Of a stretch of DNA of 64,000 nucleotides, positions 37,158 through 46,275 are shown piece after piece. Both the position numbers and the translations under genes were made by a program. The notes beneath the pieces were generated by a model. It was not told the DNA's origin. It saw nothing but the letters and a program-made list of their open reading frames with translations, and did no database searches. Source of the DNA: an uncultured Balneolaceae bacterium. Lineage in GTDB: Bacteria; Bacteroidota; Rhodothermia; Balneolales; Balneolaceae. The stretch's first letter is position 1. Each line of letters starts with the position of its first letter. Where the stretch lies: assembly GCA_937125285.1 (NCBI GenBank), contig CAKZLH010000165.1:37295-101294 (forward strand). Direction: 5' to 3'.

Positions 37158-37554
37158 TGTTTATTCTCCTTTTAAATTAATGGGGTGGGGGAAGTCCGAT
37201 TTTCATCCCAAAACATTTGAATTTTGTTTTGAGAAGAATTTCAACTCTTTTGAAGCGATTTTGCCTCTCCTCCACCCCGGTTGTTGTTTTTTATTAGCCA
37301 AACAAAGGTTTATCCTGTGTGTCTGGTGGGTATGAAAGCTTACGTTCTACTTTATAGCGGTACATTCCTTTGAGCAATCTCCTTGGAAATCCATGTTTTA
37401 CTAGGAGTTTGCCTAAATACGCAGCGTTTGTTCCTTTTTGAACCCAATTTCGATCACGCATATCTTGTAATAGTTCAGAACTAGTCATTTCTTGCGTGCT
37501 TGCTCCACCCCGGTGCCCAGGCGTATAATGAAGTAAAAGCATTTCCTCCACCCC
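36892..37554. repeat. cluster of G-rich GGGGTGGAG(GAG) motifs, iteron-like (candidate ori)
   Basis: GGGGTGGAGGAG at 36892-36903 (+) and 37267-37278 (-); GGGGTGGAG at 37503-37511 (-) and 37546-37554 (-); variant GGGGTGGGGG at 37182-37191 (+); an AT-rich spacer at 37192-37266 lies between two inverted copies. Confidence 0.5.
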
Positions 37555-39330
37555 GCTTATATGAGCGTACCTGATATTATGAGCATTAATTCGTTGAATT
37601 TCTTCCCCCTCGAACCAGTACTGAAAACCGGAACGATAGAGTCCATACACCTGTGCCCAAAATAGTGTTCAGTCGATAGGAGTTTTGTAATCAATTTCGG
37701 TTACTGTATGAATGAGCATTCTTCGGCTTCCACTCACGTCAGAAATGAGCTGTTCCATGTTTGTGGAGCTTGCAAAACTAGCCCTTCGAACCATGGTTTG
37801 AGCAAACCGGCCATACGGTCTGCGCACCTTAATGCTTTGTAGGGTAATAAGTTCTTTTAACTCCGCTTCTTTTGTCCTATTAATTCCGTCTAATTCATTA
37901 ATGATTACTAGAATATTCTCTGCTAAGTTAATGATAGAATCCTTGTCTAACGGGTTCACCACCGTTGACACCACATACTCCGAAAGTGGTTGAAGCAGGT
38001 TGTATAGGAACGTACTCTTACCAATGCCCTGGCCGCCGACTAAAACTAGCATTGTTTGGTTTACCACCTTAGGGTTAACTGCTCCCGCTACCAGGCCAAC
38101 CATTCATTTCATAAATGTGAAGCGGAAATAATCCGGATCATCGGAAGTTACTGTAGCTATAAGTTTATCAATTTCCGAAGTGCCGTCCTCCTTTGGAAGA
38201 CTTTTAAAAAAGTGTACAAAGGGATCAAAGGAAGGGCAAAAGTCAGAAGTTATCAAACTGTGTAAGGCTCCCTCTCCCAGTGTGCCTCTTTGGTTTCGAA
38301 GGTGGCGTAGAATAGTAGCAAAGCCCCGATCATCGAGTAGCTGCCAGTCAGAGACTCCACGTTTGCGCCATTCCACCATTCCTCGCACTTCATTGTAGCG
38401 AAATCCATAATGAAACTGCAAAAACCCTTCCGTTTCTCCTTTATGTCGTACAAACCTGGTAAGTAAGACTTTTTCAATCGTCATTTGTCCATAGGTTGCT
38501 CCATCATGTCGATGCCCAGTATCCCATTTTTTTCTGAATAACTTAGAAGCGCGAATGATTCGATCTATAGCAGCCTCATCAAATCCCACAACATTAGCCA
38601 CTAAAGTAGTCAACCGTAAATCGGCCTTAGACTGATCACCACCATATCGACCAAGATCTCCATAAAGGAACAATGCCCGGAATTCAGCGCCATGTTTTTC
38701 ATCGCGTTCTAAACGTTCAATATTTCGTTCGTCTTTTTTTGTAAGAATGGCGGTAGTGGGACTGCAGCCTTGAGCAGTCTTGCTACCTGAATGGCCCAAC
38801 ATAGGAAGTATGGTTAACCACTTATCATTTTCAAATTTACGAAGTGGGGTAGGTGTTTCACTCCAAATCTCTCCTGTGATGGTTACGTACCGGCTATGTT
38901 CATAAATTTCGATCCCTTTTGTTCCATTCATACTGAAACGATTACTCATGCCTAGAGGCATTTGCCCATTGATCATAATACGGATTCCTTGGCCGCTGGG
39001 TGAAATTTCTGTATAGGAATCAAACGTTTTAATGAGTTGCTGGGTGGCATCTGAGATGTGGCCATCTTGAATGCATCCATCAATGTCAATAGCTACAAAA
39101 GGATCAGCATTGGTAAGTACAAACCCAACTCCGCTAAAGAACGAAGGTTGTTGGTTGTAGGCCTCGATTACATTGGTAAATGTAGTTCAGGTCGCTGGAT
39201 TGGTTACACTTGCATATGATCTGTTTGTCTGACGGGGCACTTTTGTTGCTTTGCCGTCTCTTTGTTCCAGTGTTCAGTTCACCCACTGGTCGGTGTTCGT
39301 TAGTTCATTAGGAATATGGTTATCTATCAT
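37294..39330 (-). CDS. Prim-Pol (AEP) primase fused to a VirE/D5-type P-loop NTPase, with four in-frame TGA codons (read as Trp)
   Basis: 2037 nt = 679 codons in a single frame with no TAA/TAG; TGA at 39274-76, 39187-89, 38104-06 and 37669-71; motifs FVAIDIDGC, YTEISPSGQG, LVLVGGQGIGKSTF; the ORF track splits it into 3 ORFs and misses the N-terminus. Confidence 0.75.
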
Positions 39331-39466
39331 CTTCTCTTAACCTCTATATTTTGATTTTATTTTTTGGACGTGTACATGTATTACATCCCTTTATTAATTC
39401 TATTCATTGTTAGAGGATTTGTCAAATTCTAGGTGGAAAAATTTCAATCTTTTTTTAACATAAGGC

Positions 39467-40039
39467 ATGAGTAATCCATATCAAGACTTTTTTAGCCGGA
39501 ATAATCTCCAAATGAACAAGCCCGGTAAAACATTAGTTGATGTATTAGACTGGCTGGAAGCGTCTGATCTTATGAGGGAGGGAGGATTGGATACTATTCA
39601 GTCAATGCTGCATGAGGTACACCAGTTTTCTTTTAAAACACCGGCAGAGTTTGTTGGGATGATCCGGATTTATCTACATGTGTTCCATCGTTTTCCACTT
39701 CATACAGGGCTGCGTATAAGCTACTTTAGCCTATGGCAGGATTTTTTGGATAGGTATTATACCGAGTTATCCATAGCCTCTATAAAGGCAGCACAATATA
39801 TATTGGAGCATCAAGTGAGGTATCTTCAAGTGTATTGTGATGGATACGATGCACTTCGTGTTACTTGTGAAGGGCTAGTCTACCGGATTCAAGCCCTCAC
39901 TGATCCAGTGCGAAAAACTATTCCCGAAGTAGATAATATAGATGTTCAGTCGGTAAAAGAAGTTTACCAAGTTAATCTTTCCGATCAGGAAGCTCTGGAT
40001 GTGGCAAGCCAGCAAATTTTATACAACCTTCGAAAATAG
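39467..40039 (+). CDS. hypothetical protein
   Basis: 190-aa ORF divergent from the primase operon; ends in TAG. Confidence 0.45.
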   Translation: MSNPYQDFFSRNNLQMNKPGKTLVDVLDWLEASDLMREGGLDTIQSMLHEVHQFSFKTPAEFVGMIRIYLHVFHRFPLHTGLRISYFSLWQDFLDRYYTELSIASIKAAQYILEHQVRYLQVYCDGYDALRVTCEGLVYRIQALTDPVRKTIPEVDNIDVQSVKEVYQVNLSDQEALDVASQQILYNLRK

Positions 40040-40094
40040 GCGAATATATTTAGATGGGTTAGAGAGTTAGATTCAGTGCATACGTGTTATAAGA

Positions 40095-42356
40095 CTACTT
40101 TTTGGTAAACCAATATCTAAATGGTTGATGCATTATAGTTAGATTTAGAGGAATTCCTACTCCACTCATACTTTGTTTACCTTTTTCGTCTTTCGGTAAA
40201 TGAGGGAAATGATGGCTTTCACTCTTAATGGTACCTAATGTTCTAAACCACTTATATAATTGGGTGTTATTTGGATAATATTCCTGCAATGGGGTATTTT
40301 TCCAAATATCTTTTGGAAACCAGCAGAAATTGCCGTCAATTACATAAGCATCAAAAGTAGAGTCATTAGACCAGTCCTTAAGCATTTTAGCAAAAGCTCG
40401 TTGCTCTTTCATACTGTGTGCTAAAGAGTAGTTCCAAATACTATCCAAACCGAACAAGATTTCTTGTTCCACTTTTGAAATGCCCCCAGCCATTTCGTCG
40501 ATAATCTTTCCTATCACGATAAGGGGCTTAGCCAATTGAAATTTTCGGTTGTCCAGTTTTTTACCGGATATCGGCATTTGAATATCAGTGGGGATCGATC
40601 CAATGGTATTTAGGATAATCTGGGTATGTAAAAGTGGAAGAGCAAGTGCTGAAGTTCTTATTAATTCTTGCTGATGTTCTACTTGTCGGTCAAACTCCAT
40701 AAACCCATCGAGTTGAATCTGTTTTGGTTTTTCCTCAGTGGGTATGGGGATTGTTCTAGAGGAAAGAGTATCCAGGTTTATTCCCCCAGTTCCACCAAAA
40801 GCTTTTGGAGAGTAGGTATGAAGTGTCTGAGAGGATTTCCCAGCTTTTTTAGTATATGTTCCTTTGTAGTTATAGCCACCGTTTAAAAATCGGGAAAGAT
40901 CATCATGAGTATTTTTAGAGGAAGAAAAATCCTCGAATTCATCAACGCACAATGTGGAAGAACTCAAATCAACAAGTTCTGTCATTGCCGCAACAGTAGC
41001 TTTTGTTTTGACTTCCCCGTTAAAAGAAAGAGCAGCAATAACATCAAGAATGGTGGTTTTTCCACTTCCTTTAATTCCTTGGAAATGTAAGTAGGGATAA
41101 GCGGGAAATGCTTTGTAAAAATAAGTTCCAAGAATCCATGCAGTAAGAACCGAATACCATGAATCTTCTTTGAGGTATATGTAACGCTTTATGAAATCCA
41201 GAGTGGATGTAAACAATTCATCAAATGGAACAATGCGTTCTTCCTGGATCCTTTGAATAATATCTGGTGTACAGACTGTACGAAATGGCTCAAAATGTCG
41301 GAATTCAACAAATTCAAAAGCCTTCAGATCGTTAACCGAGAGAATACGAAAAGGATTAGATATCGCCACCGAGTCTGCATCACCAATCTGAAAGAAAAAC
41401 CTATTTCCCTGAATATCTTGGGCGGGGTCAATTTCTGGAATCCTTTGAGAACGAGCAGCATTATATGCTTTTTTAGAAGGGATATCTCCAGGAATCAGGG
41501 AATGGGAGAATTTTCTGATTCTGTTTTCAAAAGCCTCAATCCCATATTTAGCCAAGAAATCCTCGGCTTTTTGTTTACCAAAAGCGCCTGCTGAATTGAT
41601 TCGATATACAGAAATGCCAGCCTTAAGACAAAGCTCTGCAAACGGATAGATAGAATAATCAAAAGTGACTCCTTCATGATCTGCAAGTAGGTAAACATCT
41701 GTTTCAGAAAGCAAATCAGAGTAATTGAAATGGGAAAGTTCATTTTGACTTGGCAGAGAGAGGGCCTTTATACCTTGCTCATTGAAATAATCGGCCACTA
41801 AAGGATCCCAGGTTACCAATACCGAGGTAGGATTTTGTTGGAGAATATTTGGATGAATTCGTTGTACCCCATAGGATTCCCATTGTATTCCTATTTCATT
41901 AATAACGACATCTCGGGTAGCAATGCAGTATCCTGCCGAAGACAAACAATGGTAACGTAGAATATTATCCGAAGCATCTCCTTCTTTCCACACTCTCATT
42001 GACTTATATCCGTCTATCAAGTTAGCATGGTTGGAGGGGGTGTCACAAAAGTCAGCTACTCTTGTAAAGCTTGTTTCATAAGTTTCAGCAACCGCTAATC
42101 CATCAGGTTCAGTTATTCCATATATGAGATCTAAAAGCTCAGATACTGGTGTAAGTTTATTATCTACTTCGATATAGTCCTTTTGATATCGTAAAGAACG
42201 CTTATTGCCAAAACGATCAATAAAATTCAGGTCAATGGGATACTCTTCAAGAAAATAGGCCTCCTGATCAAAGTCAGGAAAAGTAATACGTACAAATTCA
42301 CCTTGTTTCTGAGTGGAGAGGAGCTTTTTATGTGCCTTTTTGAAATTAATACCCAT
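40095..42356 (-). CDS. Toprim-like + DUF3631-like P-loop protein
   Basis: 753 aa; Toprim-like DVYLLADHEGVTFDY...GISVYRI...AEDFLAKYG; Walker A GIKGSGKTT, Walker B LCVDEFED, then LNGGYNYKG...SPKAFGG...LSSRTIPIP as in DUF3631. Confidence 0.55.
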   Translation of the reverse strand: MGINFKKAHKKLLSTQKQGEFVRITFPDFDQEAYFLEEYPIDLNFIDRFGNKRSLRYQKDYIEVDNKLTPVSELLDLIYGITEPDGLAVAETYETSFTRVADFCDTPSNHANLIDGYKSMRVWKEGDASDNILRYHCLSSAGYCIATRDVVINEIGIQWESYGVQRIHPNILQQNPTSVLVTWDPLVADYFNEQGIKALSLPSQNELSHFNYSDLLSETDVYLLADHEGVTFDYSIYPFAELCLKAGISVYRINSAGAFGKQKAEDFLAKYGIEAFENRIRKFSHSLIPGDIPSKKAYNAARSQRIPEIDPAQDIQGNRFFFQIGDADSVAISNPFRILSVNDLKAFEFVEFRHFEPFRTVCTPDIIQRIQEERIVPFDELFTSTLDFIKRYIYLKEDSWYSVLTAWILGTYFYKAFPAYPYLHFQGIKGSGKTTILDVIAALSFNGEVKTKATVAAMTELVDLSSSTLCVDEFEDFSSSKNTHDDLSRFLNGGYNYKGTYTKKAGKSSQTLHTYSPKAFGGTGGINLDTLSSRTIPIPTEEKPKQIQLDGFMEFDRQVEHQQELIRTSALALPLLHTQIILNTIGSIPTDIQMPISGKKLDNRKFQLAKPLIVIGKIIDEMAGGISKVEQEILFGLDSIWNYSLAHSMKEQRAFAKMLKDWSNDSTFDAYVIDGNFCWFPKDIWKNTPLQEYYPNNTQLYKWFRTLGTIKSESHHFPHLPKDEKGKQSMSGVGIPLNLTIMHQPFRYWFTKK

Positions 42357-44523
42357 GAGGCTTCTCCAGTAGGTTGGTAATTATTTCATCGGTGAGGGGA
42401 TCTCCATCTTTAGTGTGGACACGTAAATATCTTAGCAGTTGTTGGAAGAACCCAGTGACTTCTGCTTGAGAATATGGACGGTCGGGATGCGCAAAATGAG
42501 CTACTACTAGTTCGACAGTCTTTTCACCTACCGTATTTTTAATGGAGCTTAATAGCCCGGAAAACTGGGTTCGATACCCTTCCTCATCAGGGTATGTGAC
42601 TTCGACATGAAGTCCAAAACGGCCAGTACGTTTTAAAGCTGGATCAATGTCTTCAAATAAATTGGTAGCAGCCATGCATAGTACACCTTCATTGTCATTT
42701 GCACCACTCAACTGGGTAAGCATAGCATTTATAGCATCATTTTGGTGAGCTTCAGCACTTGCTTGTCTATTACCCAAGCTATCGATTTCATCAAAGAATA
42801 AAAGAATGGGACGAAATAGCCTTGCCTTTTCAAAGAGTGAGGCAATATTCTTGCTTGTATCTCCAACATACTTAGATTTGAGTTCTCCAAGATTGACTTC
42901 CATAAACAATACATTGAGTTCATTAGCAATCGCATTTGCCAGAGAGGTTTTACCTGTTCCCGGTTTTCCATGTAGCAAAATTCCATTAGCCTGAATCTCG
43001 GGTAGATCTTGACGGTATATTTCAGGTTGTATCGAAAATAGGAGTTCTTGCTTTAGTTGGTTATAGATCTTTTCGGCCCCATATAGTTCATCAATAGTAA
43101 GAGTGGGTATCGTAATGTTAAGCTCCAGTTCACACAACGGAGTAACTGATTTTAAAGCTTCCTCAAAGTCCGAGGATATGATAAATGAGGAAGTTTCAGT
43201 TGAAGTTTGTTTAATACGATGTCGTTGATGTGCGACAACTTTTTCGATAAAGGTCTTAATATCTGCTCCTACAAAGCCAATTATACGATTGGAGAGGTCT
43301 TTCAAATACTGGTGTGTAATCTGACTAGTATCTACTTGTAGCTTTTTAACTAGAGAACCAATTATCTCAAATCTGCCAGTAGAATCGGGTGGGGGAACGG
43401 CAATTTTCGTGTCAAAACGACCGGAACGAAGTACAGCAGTATCTAACTCGGATATATAGTTAGTTGCAGCAATGACCAAAACATGGGGTGCACGTTTTTG
43501 GGGGTCGAGTTCTTGCAGTAAAGTATTTACATTTTCCTTGTCGTGGGTGCTCATACCGGAGCGATGCCCGGCTATGGCATCAATTTCATCGATAAAAAGA
43601 ATTGCTCCCTGAGAATAAGAAGCAGCTTCTTGAAATTTCTCTGCGATTTTTAGTGAGGTTTCATGAACATAAGGAGAGCCTATGCCTTCCAAGTCCATTC
43701 GAACTAAAGGAAGATCCAAATCATGGGCGATAGCTTTTGCAAGCTGAGTTTTACCTGTTCCAGGAGGACCGTACAAAAGGACACCACCTACTGGAGTTGG
43801 ATCGGAGTATAATTGTTGATTAAGAAAGTCGCTGAAAGGATGAATAACCTCAATAAGAAGACGTTCAATAACAGTATCTATTCCCTTAAGCTCATTTAGT
43901 GAGCTTTTGGAAAAAGGTCTCCGGGATCTTAAAGGAGGATAACTGGTTAGCTGTGGATCATTGATTGGATTAACCACAGACTCTAAGGAACCTGATTCTT
44001 CTGATTTTTCCGACTTATTGTCTTTGTTTGATTCTGAAGGTCGAGGCAGATAATTCCGTTTGATTTCAGTGTTGTATGTAAGAATACCGGCTTCCATTTT
44101 GGGTGAAATCTTACTTACTTCAAACACAAGCCCTTCTACATAAACCTTTTGATTTTTGAATACGATAACCTTGTCGTCTATCTCATGGGTGATGAGAGGA
44201 AATTCCGGATCATCATCATTTTCATCTCCTTCGGTTTTTATTTCTTGTAGGGAAACCTTGTTAATAAATGAGAGGCTCGGAAAAGAAAGAAATCCGTATT
44301 CTTTATCATCACAATAAAGTTTGCTCCATGAGTCATCAACGATTACGACTTCTTGTTGATGGTACTTGGCATGTACAGGTGCAATTCGCCCCTCTATGTG
44401 TTTGTCGGTTTCCCATTCTATTCTACATTCACGGCCATACTTAGCTTGAGACTGTATAATGAGTCTTGGGCTTACCCCAATTCCTTCAAAACCGGGAACA
44501 TAAATGATTCGGACTTTTTGCAT
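42346..44523 (-). CDS. CDC48/VCP-like tandem AAA+ ATPase
   Basis: 725 aa; two AAA modules (LLYGPPGTGKTQLA...ILFIDEID and LLHGKPGTGKTSLA...LLFFDEID) after a ~190-aa N-domain and an acidic/Ser-rich linker; overlaps the downstream gene by 11 nt. Confidence 0.8.
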   Translation of the reverse strand: MQKVRIIYVPGFEGIGVSPRLIIQSQAKYGRECRIEWETDKHIEGRIAPVHAKYHQQEVVIVDDSWSKLYCDDKEYGFLSFPSLSFINKVSLQEIKTEGDENDDDPEFPLITHEIDDKVIVFKNQKVYVEGLVFEVSKISPKMEAGILTYNTEIKRNYLPRPSESNKDNKSEKSEESGSLESVVNPINDPQLTSYPPLRSRRPFSKSSLNELKGIDTVIERLLIEVIHPFSDFLNQQLYSDPTPVGGVLLYGPPGTGKTQLAKAIAHDLDLPLVRMDLEGIGSPYVHETSLKIAEKFQEAASYSQGAILFIDEIDAIAGHRSGMSTHDKENVNTLLQELDPQKRAPHVLVIAATNYISELDTAVLRSGRFDTKIAVPPPDSTGRFEIIGSLVKKLQVDTSQITHQYLKDLSNRIIGFVGADIKTFIEKVVAHQRHRIKQTSTETSSFIISSDFEEALKSVTPLCELELNITIPTLTIDELYGAEKIYNQLKQELLFSIQPEIYRQDLPEIQANGILLHGKPGTGKTSLANAIANELNVLFMEVNLGELKSKYVGDTSKNIASLFEKARLFRPILLFFDEIDSLGNRQASAEAHQNDAINAMLTQLSGANDNEGVLCMAATNLFEDIDPALKRTGRFGLHVEVTYPDEEGYRTQFSGLLSSIKNTVGEKTVELVVAHFAHPDRPYSQAEVTGFFQQLLRYLRVHTKDGDPLTDEIITNLLEKPHGY

Positions 44524-44725
44524 GGCCGCAACCTATATGTTGTTATTGTGATTTATGTGACCGTAGGGGAAAAATCGTGCCAATTAAGAACTCAAGTTTA
44601 TTTTAAGCTACATCAGAGTCCTTTTTTGAAAATATCATTCAATATAATGCAAGCTAGTGTAGTACTGCCATTTCTTCAGGCTCTATCATAACAAAAATGA
44701 GCTTAAGCCTTCAAACCTAATAATT

Positions 44726-45706
44726 ATGGCTTTATTCAGAGCTAATTTGGTTCATTTTGATTTGAGGAATTACATTCCAAATATCATTTGCATTATAAGC
44801 GTTATCAATTCAGAATCCAGCAATTCAAACATGCCAAATACCAAAACAATTTACACTAACCCAAGAGATGTAATTGCGCAGATTTACAAGATTCTCTTCA
44901 CCCAGTCTGATTGGAGTGAACCACAAAAGAAAGATTTTCAACGTTGGAAGAAACGAACAAGCCTTGATGAAAAAGATAATGAGTGGTTCCAGAGGCTATT
45001 CCGAGAAATATTAGTAGGTTTATCAGATCAGTTTCCTATCGTAACTAAAGATGGTGTCAATTTTATAGCCAAGGAAGCGGATTTATATTCAGGGCAACTA
45101 TTTGCTTTTACAATCTCTCATCCTCTTTGGTTTAAAGTTCGGCCTTTTTTTGCAGGTTGGATTATTGAATATCACAAGGAGAGTGTGGATAAACAGGAAT
45201 TGGCGATTAACACCCTAAGTAACCTACTGCATAATTGGAAAGACTTTGAGAACCGTCTAGAGGAAGAATCTGTAACCTTTGAGAGAAAACTAACTGATTT
45301 ATTTGGGAAGTACTGGTATTTACCATCTCAGGCAAATAGCGAAGATGAGCAACGTATTATTTTACCAATAGAAAAACTTATGACACGAATCGAACTAATC
45401 ATTCAAGCTGACAGTACGCATGATTTAATCGAAAGAGTCTCAGAGGCAGATAGGGATTACAATGGAGTTAAAAAAGCAGTGTACAAACTAAAGAAAGGCA
45501 AACCTATTTCAATTGAACAGCTTAGAAAACTAAGGAAACTACAAATGGGTAAGTACTATGAAATGGGTGAATATTTCAAAGACTGTGCTAATGGATTTTA
45601 TATTACTGCGTTACTTGTTTCATCTGTAGTCAGTGAAGCTATTACTGAGCTCTCTAAGTATGATCCCTCTTTAAAGGATACTTTATGTAAGCTTTCAATT
45701 GAGTAA
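44726..45706 (+). CDS. hypothetical protein
   Basis: 326-aa ORF; an alternative start at 44831 (MPNTKTIY) is plausible. Confidence 0.45.
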   Translation: MALFRANLVHFDLRNYIPNIICIISVINSESSNSNMPNTKTIYTNPRDVIAQIYKILFTQSDWSEPQKKDFQRWKKRTSLDEKDNEWFQRLFREILVGLSDQFPIVTKDGVNFIAKEADLYSGQLFAFTISHPLWFKVRPFFAGWIIEYHKESVDKQELAINTLSNLLHNWKDFENRLEEESVTFERKLTDLFGKYWYLPSQANSEDEQRIILPIEKLMTRIELIIQADSTHDLIERVSEADRDYNGVKKAVYKLKKGKPISIEQLRKLRKLQMGKYYEMGEYFKDCANGFYITALLVSSVVSEAITELSKYDPSLKDTLCKLSIE

Positions 45707-45964
45707 TGTCCATTACTTGGTCTAAAGTTTTAGCGCGTTTGAAAGTATTATTAGCTCAGCCAGATTAATGGTAGATAAACTAAAACTAAACTTATCAATA
45801 TGTTACATTCGAATAACATCAAACAAGCTAACAATGACCGGCAATCTGATCATCCTGATCCAGGTGGAAACTGGCCAAGCACTACTGGTGAACCTTCCGG
45901 TTCTGGAAGAGGTAACGGTATCTAATAATTCAAAAAGGATGTGTAAGTAATTTTGCATCCTATT

Positions 45965-46264
45965 CTATTTCAAAACCTTAGTCACCCAAGCCCGGCTTAC
46001 CCCGAACTTTCGAGCAAGCTCGGCTTGGTTTTTTACTTTACCAGAGTCTAGTAATTTCCTATAAAGCTTAGCCTGCCGGGCCCGTGTATTTTTCATATCG
46101 GTCCTTGCAGGTTGGTTAACATATTTTCGTGTTAACTCCGTGTTCGCATGATCAAAAAAAGGAAGTGATTTTTGGAGCTTTTTTAGGTCAATTTCAAAAC
46201 GAGTGCCATTAGAACCGCCTTTTATAACCCCAATAGGCCATTTTATTTCGAACAATATTCGCAA
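45965..46264 (-). CDS. small HTH DNA-binding protein next to the right repeat (possible directionality factor)
   Basis: 99 aa; C-terminal NQAELARKFGVSRAWVTKVLK is a resolvase/Hin-type HTH; the role is inferred from position only. Confidence 0.45.
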   Translation of the reverse strand: MRILFEIKWPIGVIKGGSNGTRFEIDLKKLQKSLPFFDHANTELTRKYVNQPARTDMKNTRARQAKLYRKLLDSGKVKNQAELARKFGVSRAWVTKVLK

Positions 46265-46275
46265 GTTTGCAACTG

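Noticed and set aside
36645-37335. Plus-strand ORFs 36645..36926 (93 aa) and 37039..37335 (98 aa) from the ORF track
   Set aside because: They lie antisense to the 175-codon minus-strand frame, which has an SD box, a sensible sequence and a clean length of 3x175. Their products are low-complexity Phe/Leu/Ile-rich strings typical of shadow frames.
39022-39042. Arg in place of the expected His in the Prim-Pol SPSGxGxH-like motif (SPSGQGIRI) as evidence that the primase is catalytically dead
   Set aside because: My recollection of the exact motif register in this subfamily is not reliable enough. It needs an alignment before any inference is drawn.
36633-39330. Selenocysteine as the explanation for the in-frame TGAs
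   Set aside because: There are ten sites in two genes, at positions that read as conserved Trp rather than Cys/Sec. I saw no recurring SECIS-like hairpin after them. Sec incorporation at this density is not known.
36633-39330. Cytosine-deaminase-type hypermutation (TC to TT on the plus strand, i.e. TGG-A to TGA-A) as the origin of the TGAs
   Set aside because: The 3'-A context initially fits a 5'-TC deaminase. However, 9 of 11 eligible Trp codons would then have been hit (near saturation), while TC dinucleotides remain abundant on the plus strand (for example 6 in 37081-37140). No TGG to TAG changes are present either. This is not formally excluded without statistics.
45800-45925. 41-aa Gly-rich ORF (MLHSNNIKQANNDRQSDHPDPGGNWPSTTGEPSGSGRGNGI) between the 326-aa gene and the HTH gene
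   Set aside because: It is short and low-complexity, has no recognisable ribosome-binding site, and has no supporting conservation that I can assess. It is noted only as a possible small secreted or bacteriocin-like peptide.
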